Of a stretch of DNA of 64,000 nucleotides, positions 34,699 to 46,600 are shown one piece after another; position 1 is the stretch's first letter; every line of letters begins with the position of its first letter. The DNA lies in contig NC_042997.1 in assembly GCF_006345805.1 (NCBI RefSeq), positions 155,682,001 through 155,746,000 of the forward strand. The letters are read 5' to 3'. The notes beneath the pieces were generated by a model that made no database searches, was not told where the DNA came from, and saw only the letters and a program-made list of their open reading frames with translations. A program made the position numbers and the translations under genes. The DNA comes from Octopus sinensis. Taxonomy: Eukaryota.

Positions 34699-37600
34699 CT
34701 GAGGAAAGAATGTAAAAAAAAAAACAAATATATATATAAGACATCTTGAAAATAAAGTAGACTTGAAATAGAAACAGGATCAATTTGAAACAAAACTAGA
34801 TGGAAGATGAATTCAAAGAATTAAAAATTTTAAAAGAGCACAAAAATTCAAATTCATTTTCTTTTTAATATGAGTACTGTTTTAGAAATGTGTCAGCTCA
34901 GAAATCTCATTACAGACTGATGTGACTTGCTACAGTGCCATGTAATCCAGTACTAATTGTTCCATGGTTAAGCAGTTAGCAACAACATTAAAGTTGTTAT
35001 ATTTTGTAGATTATTCTTTCTCAAAATGAAATTCTTTTAATATTTATGTAACACACTTCAAAAAACATTTTATAAAGCTTAAGACTTACCTTCATGTACT
35101 AATTGATGAGCCCGACATATTAATTTTAGATTATTGATATGAACAAACTAAAAAGGAAAAAAAAATGTTGAGAAAAATCAATGACAAAAATTAAAAGAAA
35201 GAACAGAAATAATAGTTATAACTTAGTCAGAAGATGGACGGGTAGCTCTGATGATCATTTCCAAAGTCTCCAAGACTGGAAGGAGAAAAGGGAAGAAGGT
35301 AGGACTTATGGGAAGTTTATAGTATGAAACAGTAACTACATAATGCACCAAGGTGATTAGTCTTCCTTAGACAAGATACCTAGCTAAGTGCTTTTACAGA
35401 GTGGATTAGAATGGCACCCAAGAACATAGGTGACTACATTCATGACTAAAAGAAAGTCATGAATTTAATTAACCACAAGAACAGCAACAGTCCATCTGAC
35501 AAACTTCAGCACCATTTCTATCAAACCAATTTCAATCATAAGGCTTGGATGATTCTAAGGCTATGTTCTGTGAAGTAGTATCCGACCCAAAACCATATAT
35601 TTGTGAAACAAACATTTTAACCAAACAGCCATGCTTGCAATCAACATGGCTTGGTGTAGTGAAGATTTTCTTGTAATCAGGAGAAATGACAGTGAAATTG
35701 GTGGAATTATAAATTCTTACTTGCAACCATTTCAATTCACTTTTTAATGTACTTTTGAGAAATATCTGAATCTCAGACATTCAGAAATCAATAAGGGAGC
35801 TTCTTTTTGTCACTCCATCTACTAGAAATGGCAGACAAATTTCTCTTAAATTACTCTCTACCCTCTTGATTAAGGAAAGAACATGAGATAATGCAGTCAT
35901 GTACATCTCTAAAAACAAAAGATGACCATGGCCAATATGCCTTTGATCTTAGATCTATTTGGTCAGGGTTGATTGGTTAGGATTGACCAAGGTGTAAACA
36001 AGAGGTGGTGATTCAGCAGTCTTTAACACAGCATAAAGAACGCTGCATGGCATTTGTTCCAAATCTTTGCATTTAAGTTCAAATTCTGCTGAGGTTAACT
36101 TTGCCTTTCAACCTTTTGGGGTTCAATAAAAAAATTTTTTTTAAAGTACCAATCCATGGTAATTAATTGATAGAACTGCAAGAACACTGGTTTCAAACTT
36201 TGGCACAAGGTCAACAATTTTGGGGTGGTGGTGGTGGGGGAGTTACACTGACCCAGTGCTCAATTGGTATTCATTATATTAACTCTGAAATGGTAAGAAC
36301 ATTAAACTAGAGATCTTGTGGTATTTGTTTCAGCTCTTTGTATTCTGAATTGAAATCCCGCTACAACCTACTTGGGAGTTAGACTTAATTCACTGCCTGG
36401 TTAACACCATCACCTGGTACCTGGAGTGTTTTGTTCATTTTGTTGCAAGCATTTGGACCAAGTCTTCATTTTCAAGATACCTTCCACCCACCTTTCCATC
36501 CATCTCAAAGGCCCTGTAAAAGGTCATGGGCAACTCCTCCCTCCTGACTTAAAGATAAAAATAAAAACAACAGCATTCATAAATTCCCATCTCTCTAATA
36601 AATCTGACAATGCTCAAACCATTATTTTTTGTTTTAGAGGGAGTTATTTTTCTGTAATTCAAAAATGCATCGACTAATTTGCAGTAAATTTACCAGTTAT
36701 TTTCCAGCAATAAAAACAAAATTTTAACAAGTCAAACCTAAAAGCCATATATTGCAAATAACAGTAACTCACACTTCCAATAATTTTTGTTGTGTAACTG
36801 AATTCCTTTTATTTTCCAGCATGAATCATTGAAATTATGAAGGAGGAAAAGAAATAAAAAATTTGGCCAATTTTTTCAAGAATATGAACATAGCAAAGCC
36901 AACAAGGAATCTTTTACATTAGGCATGGGTAACCTTTTCCAAGAAGAAGGCTGCATGAGACATGGATCGTCATCAGGCAGACTGCCTTACTAAAAAAAAT
37001 TCATGGAAATTTTTCTTTAGGAGTTATTAGGTGCCAGAAAGTCCCACAGGCTACAGTTTACTCATAACAGTTCTACATGGTTGCTCAACCTGCTAGAAAG
37101 AGTAGCTAAATCTCCCTAAATAATGCAATAATATCTTTAAAAGGGACACTGGATATGGAAGCATAAGATACAAGAGGACTGAAAAGAGAGAGAAAGAAAA
37201 TAGCCATATCCTGAACACCTTAGGTGTTAGGCCATCTTGGTTAGGTTAACATGGGGGTAAAAAAAACATTAGCACAGTATAAAAATTGAATTTAGAATGT
37301 ACAACAACAAGATTATTCTTAAGATACAGTAATGTATTTACCTCGTTAGTAACCATTGCTCCAAATAACCAACCAGCACCACGCGGACTAATTGTCCAAC
37401 TTTCCACATCTTCAGGATCAGACCAAACAAGATTTGAATACAGTTAAAGAAAAAAAAATTGTCAAAAGAAAATACTTTACAATACATGTAAACCTACATA
37501 TTCTTTTACACGTTTAAGTCATTTGACTGCAGCCATGATAGAGCACTGCCCTAAAGGGTTTTAGTTGAAGAAATCAACCCTTTCATAAGCCTAGTAATTA

Positions 37601-40600
37601 ATCTGTTGTTCTCTTTTGCTGAACCGTTACGTTATGGGAACATAAACAGTGTCATTGGTTGTCAAGTGATGGTGAGGAGGACAAACAGACACAGGCACAT
37701 ACACACACATAAATATACGAACAACAAGCTTCTTTCAGTTTCCGTCTACCAAATCCACTCACAAGGCTTTGGTCAGCCTGAGGCTATAGTAGAAGACACT
37801 TGCCCAGAACAATGTGGTCGGGAAGCTTCTTACCATACAGCCACACCTACGCTATTTAACTTATTTCTCCACAGATTGAAGAAAGTGATGAAGAGCCCTA
37901 ATCAATTTCCTACCCTTCATGAGCTCTCATTAAAGATATCAACATCATTTGATCAATCCTAGAGAAACAAGTAGCCATTCTGTTTATATATACATCAAAT
38001 CTAGTAGCCTCAGATAACTGGAGCTGTACTCAACTAGATACAATACCATAAGTAATTAAATAATTTCTTTATTAATTGCTGGATTGAGAGGAAGGGACAA
38101 TGCCCATCATAGCAGGCCTTCCTAGACAGGTGAGAGTAATTCCACCAATGTTCCTCTTAAACCTATGTAAGTCAACACCTGCCAGAAAGAAATGATCAGA
38201 GAGGAAATACCAAAGTCGCCAGTGTTCAAACAGCCATGCCCAATCAACTCATTCCACTGCTTTGGTAATTTATAATACAGATGTTGCTAAATAATACACA
38301 TCAAGCTATTCAGAAATTACAATTAGCTAAAAGATTGATAATTCTTAAAAGGATATCACAAAAGGCTCCCTTGTGTGGAATTTCTTGATTTCTGTCAATT
38401 GTCCGGATCTGATCAATGGTTTTGATATCAGGAGATAATCCTCCATGTACACACAAGATACATTCATCAATAATCTATCAAATCAGAAGAGAAAAAAATA
38501 TAGAAAATATATAAATAAAAACAACAGTATTGAAGTAATCAATATAGTAATATAATTATCAGTCAGCTACAATATTATCAATCATCAAATAAATATAAAC
38601 AAGATATAATATTTGTTTAATATTTTTTATGCTTGTTAAAAGAGAAAAGAAGTCATTTTTGGAGTTTTGATTTAGCTAAAACTGTTACAATAATTGAGAG
38701 TTAAATTAGTGTTTAGCAAATGGTGTTCCAACACTTTCCAAACATAGTATATGTAAAACTACTTTGAAAAATATTCATTTTTTTAAAACAGTAGGGTGAG
38801 TTGTGAGGGATATTTGATTTCTATTTCAGCAGGTTAAAAGACCAATCAGAGATTTTTTTAAGATTTAGCTAAGCTAGTGAGGGATGTAAAACTAAGTTAG
38901 CTTTGAGACAAAACTATGTAAACAAAAAGAAGTGCCAATCACTTAAAATGTATGGAAATTGTGGAAAGAGGGTGGCCCAGAAAGACACAGGACAAAGTAC
39001 TGAAGGCTGACCTCAGGACACTGAGCCTTATAGAGGAGATGACAAAAGGCTGAAGTATCTGGTACCTTGCTGCACTCAAGAAGACCCATCCTCCACAGCA
39101 GAATTGTTAATGCCCTACTCCCAGGGGAAGTGGTTTTTGCCTGCAAGAGCTCCATGCCGGTGCCACATAAAAGCACCCGTGTTACTGCCACATAAAATTA
39201 CCTGTGCTGGTACCAAGTAAACAGTATTGGTTTTGCATGGGATGCAATAGAGGAGATCTGCCCAAGGTGTCACACTGTGGGAGTGAACCTATAAAGCACT
39301 TGGCAACAGAGCAAACTTCTTAGCAAATGGCCAAGCCTATGTTACTCTGTATGAATGTATGTAAGACCAGACAAGAAGGTCAAAACAGCACTTAATACCA
39401 ACTGGAGAGATGTGAAGTGCCAGCAGTTATAAACATAAGTGTGTGTGCGCGCGCCCATCTCAGAAAATCACTCAGCTATGATATGGGCAGTGATATTGCT
39501 GTCATTTCCCATGTCAACGGTTTCTATGTTGCCTTTGTACCTTTAAAAACGTGTGCATTACTGTATTCCTTACTTGAAAAACAGACAAGGGTTAGCAGCA
39601 AGAAAGGCTGGTGACATTTTTCTAATTATATTTGCCAGGCTCATGCTAGCATGGAAACAAATGTAAACACAAATGAAACAAAATGAATATAGGATGAATT
39701 CTCATAAGATAACAGCATCTTGCAGAATATTAATTGTAAAATGGCACATAGTATCTATGTATGCTAAATCACTGCACAATATGTGTAAGGTTAAACTGTG
39801 TGACAACTAATCACATAAAAAGTTCAAAGTTCAGTTTACAGTTAATATTTTGTATCCATGAGCAAGTTATGTACTTTTGTTTGCTTAACTAAATGAAAAT
39901 ACAAGCTCTACTGCCTACTTCACAGTTGAATGGTTAGTAGTAGAAAGGACATCCAGCTGTAAAAATGCAGTTGATCTAACATGTAACTTATCCTACCTAT
40001 AATTATGACACAAAGGCTGTTACAAAAGCTAAAAATCTAAAATATAGTTAGCACTATAGATCTAGTGGTTAGTTACTTATTTCTTTATTGCCCACAAGGG
40101 GCTAAACATAGAGGGGACAAACAAGGACAGACAAACGGATTAAGTCGATTACATCGACCCCAGTGCGTAACTGGTACTTAATTTATCAATCCCGAAAGTA
40201 TGAAAGGCAAAGTCGACCTCGGCAGAATTTGAACTCAGAATGTAAAGACAGACGAAAAACTGCTAAGCATTTCGCCCAGCATGCTAACATTTCTGCCAGC
40301 TTACCGCCTTGTGGTTAGTTACTGGTAAGTAGATGCCATATTTGATGACATAAAAATGCACAGAATATCAGACACAGCCCAATTTAAGCAGTTTAGTACA
40401 TTAAAGCTTATGCAAGGCCCAACTTTACATATAGTACATGAGATGATTTTTTTGAGATATTTTCATGTTTCGAGGAAAACATGGATCTTTAATGCTGTCA
40501 AATACAGTATATATTTTTAATGGCTTAGTCATTAAATCCTTTGTTGAAGCTAGCAACAAACTGTTTATACAAGAAATATGCTGAAGTACTTACAGCAGCA

Positions 40601-43600
40601 ATTGTCAGAAGATCAAAGACTTTACAACAATATCGCCATGCATTGGCATTGCCATATTTTGTTTGACACTCATCTGAAAGTAAAGATTAATTTAGGAAAT
40701 TGGGAAAACAAAAAAATATTTAAAAAAAAAAACAATAATAATCCAATCTTAATACATATCAAACAACAAGGATTAACAAAATTAGAATAAAATTATATTT
40801 TCTTCATTCCTTTTAACCCTTTATCTGCAAAATTAAATTTCATGGTTATCCCAATACTGATGGTAAATATCTAATAAAAAAAAAAATTGATTGAGATTTT
40901 CTGCACGTCACATTACCTCAATAAACTTGACATGTCTCAACAGAATACAGTGTCAAACATGACAAAGTAGATTGATATAAAAGTGCTTTTTGCAATTAAA
41001 GGTAATGACTTTTTGAGTGGATATATTTGATTTCTGCAGTAAAGGGGTTAACCAATTCCAAAGCAGAGAAGAGATTGCGTAAAATATAAAACATGTTAAT
41101 TATGCTTAAGTATATTGAATGCAAATGTATTTCACAGCAATATTAACAGATGACTATTTTGTACAAGTGAAAATAGTTAATTCCTTTAATACTGGACAGT
41201 TAGAGAACTTACCATAAAATCCATAGATTTGTGTAATTTGTCTACTTTCATGGTTTCCCCTGAGTAAAACAATTTTATCAGGCCACCTAAAGGAAAAATT
41301 GAACAATTATTTATCAATTTTGAAGTAAAATGATAAAAAGGAATATATATATATATTAATATATACCAATACCAGTCTGAATGTTAAACAACCTCTTAAT
41401 GCTAGTGGCATGATAAAAAAGAGCCTAGCCTATACTGTCAAGTGGTTGGTAGATGATGATGGTGAGTGACTAAAAAAAATCTTACTAAAAATGTGACATA
41501 TACTACAACAAGGAGTAACAATTCTCTCTGCTGTTATATGCATTAGGAATTGGAGGGAACATAAGACAGTGTTGGGGCAGACCCAATCAACTCATGCCAA
41601 CATAAAAAACAAAAGACATGGACGACAACAAGGAGGGTGGAGTGGTGGTGGTGGTGATGATTAAAATGATGATGATGATGATGATAAGGAGGGATTAACA
41701 ACTACTGATAGTAAAAATAATTTTGGTCATAATTCAAATGAGCAAAGGAGAATTACTGATTAGGTCAAATATTTTTTTTCATCTGATTTTAGAAATATTT
41801 CAAAGCAAAGTTGTTTCAGTTACTACAGTAAAAACAGAAAAATAGTTGTTGCTTAAAAATGAAATATCTATGAATGAACATATCTCTGTAGCAGTGGTGC
41901 TATTAAAACATTGCAATTGTGAAGATCAAGAAAGGCTGCTTCAATCTCAACAAGTAATTAAGACTCTTTATATTATAATAATCATCATCATCATCATCGT
42001 TTAACATCCGTTTTCCATGCTAGCATGGGTTGGACGGTTCAAGTGGGGTCTGGGAAGCCAGAAGGCTGCGCCAGGCCCAGTTTGATCTGGCAGAGTTTCT
42101 ACAGCTGGATGCCCTTCCTAACGCCAACCACTCCGTGAATGTAGTGGGTGCTTTTTACATGCCACCTGCACAGGTGCCAGACGAGGCTGGCAAACGGCCA
42201 TGAGATTCCAAAATGCTTCATAAAAAAAAAGTTACAATGCACCTAAAAATATTCATTAGTATTGATAACATTTTAAAGTGGAGTTTGAACTCACTGCTCA
42301 AATTCCTTCTGATAAAGCTAACTTTGATTTCAAGTTAACAATTAAGATGCTTTCCTTCTTTTACATTTGATTATTTGAAGAGAAGCAACAGTTCCTATAT
42401 ATGTGTCATTCCTACTAGATTTAGGAGAGCTTAAGTAGAATTAGTGAGGTTATTTTGATTGCTATAAGGTAATGTTTAGAGTTAAAACATTAACCAGATT
42501 TTCATGTTCAAGAGTAAAGCAATTCTTGATTGAGATGATTGAGACCAACAAATTTCTTATTCCCATAACTCTAGCCCAAAATATTTTTCTCTCTCATCAA
42601 TACTTGATCCTTGCAATTTCTATAAAAGCTAAGATAATATGGATAACATTTGGACTCACAAAGTTTAATGCAATTAAACTAGGAAATGTAGAAAACAAAA
42701 CATAACTTTACACCCATTTTCAAAGTCACAAAATCTATTTATTTGACTAGTTTCCTACTAAACCAACAAAGACAACAGACCAATGAAAAGTAAAATTAAC
42801 TTACTTTGCTTTTAAAGTTAATAACAATGTGAATGTCTCCAAACTGTAGTATCCTCGGTCCACAAAATCTCCCTGGAAAATATCAGTTAATTGTTTAAAA
42901 AAAAATCATTTATTGCATTCATTCTCTTATTCTTTTACTTGTTTCAGTCATATTTAAAAGTTCTTCATTCATGGTAGCTGTGTCCAGTTACATAATATGA
43001 ACTTTGTTTATATTTACTGTGCTCAAACAAAGCAATTAAAATATATCTAGTCTTTTCTCTAAAATAGAGAGATCACATCTTTTAGCCACCATTTAAATAA
43101 GGCCTATATTTTTCAGTAAAACTCCAATTCAAGTAGCTTGCAGTTTTAACTTCTAAAAATCAAATCTAACTTGAGAGCCTTATTAGATTTCATTCATCTA
43201 TGTTCCTGAAAGAAGAGGAGTGATTGTGAAATCTCTTCTTGTACGTTCCTTCTGTCATACTAATAAAGCACTTTAGAGGTCACAAAGGTTGGGCCTGTTG
43301 ATTTAACATATCCATTGCAGGATATGTTCTGTGGGAATGTACCATTGTTTCTATATTAGTAACAGACTTCAGTAGTTGTTGTAAATTTATGGAATAAACT
43401 TGTATTTGTTGAATAGTTCCTGCATCTATGGTTAGTGAGAAAGAGCTTCTTGGGAAGACTTTTACTATGATTTAACCTTTACAGAGTAAGGAGTGTAAAC
43501 TAAATGATATCATGGCTTTTTTTTTCAAAGGTATGTACCTAACTTTATCTTTGAGTCTACTCACTTCTTGTACAACCTCATAGTTAAGGGTTGCTCTATC

Positions 43601-46600
43601 AAAGAACTCTTTACTACAGAACAGATTCAACATCCTTTTACATATATTATTGATTAGGTTTTGGAACACAAAAGACAGATGTCATGAACCAATAACTAAG
43701 TCACTGTAGTAGATTTGGCAGATGGAAACTGAAAGAAACTTATCATGTACATGCATGAGTGAATTTATATGTGAATCTTACTAGTTTTGCCATTGTGTGA
43801 TCATTGTGAAAGAATGTATATTTCCAATCTTCTGTGAAAAACATGTCTGACCTGGAGAGATATTACTTTGCTTGGGGACAGATGAGTGTTGGTGACAAGG
43901 AAAAGCAGCCAGCTACAGAAAATCTGCCTCAATGAATTCATTGTGACCCATGCAAGCATGGAAAAGTGGACATTAGAATGATGATGATGATGAGTGAAAC
44001 GAGTAAATGTAAGAATTTAATATTCTTTTACTGGTTTCATTCACTGGACTGTGGCCATACTAGAGCACTGTTTTCAAGGTTTTAACTGGTCCTGTCAACT
44101 CCAGTACTTAATTCAGTCTGTTCTCTATCAAACAGCGAAGTTGTAAGACATAAAGGATTTTTATTCTGAACAACATAAACTTAGACACATTTACTCTCTC
44201 ACACACACATGCATACAGCTAACTTCTGTGTAATTTCTGTGTACCAAATTTCATTCACAAAATATTGGTTAACCCAAGGCTATGATAGAAGAGACCAGCT
44301 CTGCATATAACAGTGATTGAACTTGGAATCATGTGATCATGAAGTAAACTTCATAACCATGCAACTATACCTGTGGTTATATAACATATTTAGCTTGTAA
44401 ACGTTTTATGCCAAGTAGATTGTTGTGAAGTGGAATAAGCTCTAAATACTTACCATAAATACATAATGTTTATCTGGCATTTCACCACCAGTACGGAAAA
44501 GGGCCATTAAATCATAAAACTGGAAAAAAAAAAGAAAATATAGAATAGTGGTAAGAAAAAAATCTTCCAAATATGGAAATCAAGTTAATGCAAAAAAAAA
44601 AAAACATTAATATTTTCTATTACTAAAAGTTAATTAAAACCAAAATAATTAAATATATTGGCAATTATGTATACAAAAACTTAAATGTATACTGAAGTTA
44701 TTTTAATAGAACATTTGTAATTTGGTCAGAGGAGATCAGATGGCACCCATGAAGCTTTGCAGAGTCTCTGAGAATGGTGGGGATTAAAGGGGTAAGAGAG
44801 AAACTATGATGGTGCCAATAAAATGAGTACCAGTGGCTCTTGTGCCAGTGACACATAAAAAGCACCACCCAAATGAGGTCGATGCCAGTTTCACCTGACT
44901 GGCTCCTGTGCCAGTGGCATGTAAAAAGCACCATCCAAACGTGGTAAATGCCAGTGTCCCCTGACTGGTTCCTGTGCCAGTGGCACGTAAAATGCACTAT
45001 CCGAACATCATCAATGCCAGGCCCGTCTGAGTGGATCCTGTGCCGGTGGCATGTAAAAAGCAACCACGATACTCTCAGAGTGGTTGGCGTTAGGAAGGGC
45101 ATCCAGCTGTAGAAACATTGCCAGATTAGATAGGAGCCTGGTGCAGCCGCTGGCTTTCCAGATCTCAGTCAAACCATCTAACCCATGCCAGTGTGGAAAA
45201 CGGATGTTAAACAATGATGATGATGATGATGACTGAACCAACTATATCCCTCTTCCAGAAAGTGGAGCTTTGTGCCTAGGTTAGAAACCATCACCATTAT
45301 CATTTTATGTCCACTTCCCATACTGACATGGGCTGGTTGTCACAAACCAAGTCAGTTCTTATTCAGAATTACTGCCCTCGTGGATGGGTTAGAAGACCCC
45401 ATTTCTCTAGTACATTCAATTTTGGCTTGGTTTCTGTGGCTGGGTGCTCTTCCTAATGTCAATCAATTACAGAATGCACTTAGTGCATTCTATCATGGCA
45501 CCAACACTAGAGAAACTGTTATGTATGTGACTGAACAAAACTAAAGGGTTCTCTCGACTCTGGAAGAGACAATACAAAGGGATGAATAGAAAAACAGTAT
45601 AAGAGAGAGAGAGAGTGGTGGTAGGTACATGTTTACTGCTAAGAGAGGATGCAAGTGATAGATAATCATAGATATGGATAATAGTAAGAGAAATCAGTGG
45701 CTAGTAATACAGAAGAGCAATGGTTGAGTGTACTGGACATGAACAAGCTTGATATACTCTTGTATTATCCAAGTGTTATAATGGGAGTCAGAGAGTGATG
45801 GAGATGGTGGAAGGAGGGAGTGGAGTAATTGAGTATGGACAGATCCTATGCCAATCATTATAATTATAAAAATAATCTCAAACACAGAAGAAATCGTCAT
45901 CAACGTTATTACCATCATCATATGACTGGTGAAAAATCCCTGGATTTAAATCATTTTTCATCAAAGGAAATCTGCTATTTATTTGGAAATATGGACATAC
46001 ACAGATGCCCAACTTAAAAGCTATTAAATTCTTCTGACAGTGATTAGAACTCTTTTCACTTATAATTAAAAGAGCATTATCTTTATCATTGATCTTTTAC
46101 TTGTTCTAGTCATTGGATTGCAGCAATGCTAGGGAACCATTTTGAATGGCTTTTAATCAAACTAATTGATCCCCAGCACTTGTGTTTTAAAAAGTCTGGT
46201 ACTTATTTTATTGGTCACTTTTGCCAAAACACTAAGAGTTGTTAAGTGGGTGAAGGGAGAAACACACTGTATCTACCAATTTCACTCACAAGGCATTAGC
46301 CAGCTTGAGGCTATAGTAGAAGATACTTGCCCAAGGTGCCTTGCAATAGTACTGAACCTGAAAACATGTGGTTGCAAAGAGAGCTTCTTAACCACACAGC
46401 CATGCCTGTGTCAATGGAGAAGAAATTTCCATTGTTTTTATGGTGATGTTGATACAACAGAGTAATTACCCAAGTCAGCATTTAATAAATGTTAATAGTC
46501 AACTTGAATTATTGGGATATTAAATATATAGAAAGCACAAGTGGAATAGTACACTTACCTGTCCATGAATATCTCCACATACAATAACTGGTGTTGACAC

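Noticed and set aside
34699-34783. N-terminal extension of ORF 34508-34783 ([12 protein letters not shown]...)
   Set aside because: Intronic read-through upstream of the AG acceptor at 34699-34700; not part of PPP6C.
38350-38362. Alternative GT donor (T|GTGATA) for PPP6C exon 7
   Set aside because: It would need an AG acceptor that restores FCDLVW, and none exists upstream of exon 8. The ATATCCTTTT plus branch-site match explains the junction exactly.
40240-40310. tRNA-like A/B boxes (also at 23330, 37820 and 61940-62015)
   Set aside because: They are SINE heads continuing into SINE bodies. I could not fold a cloverleaf with proper spacing.
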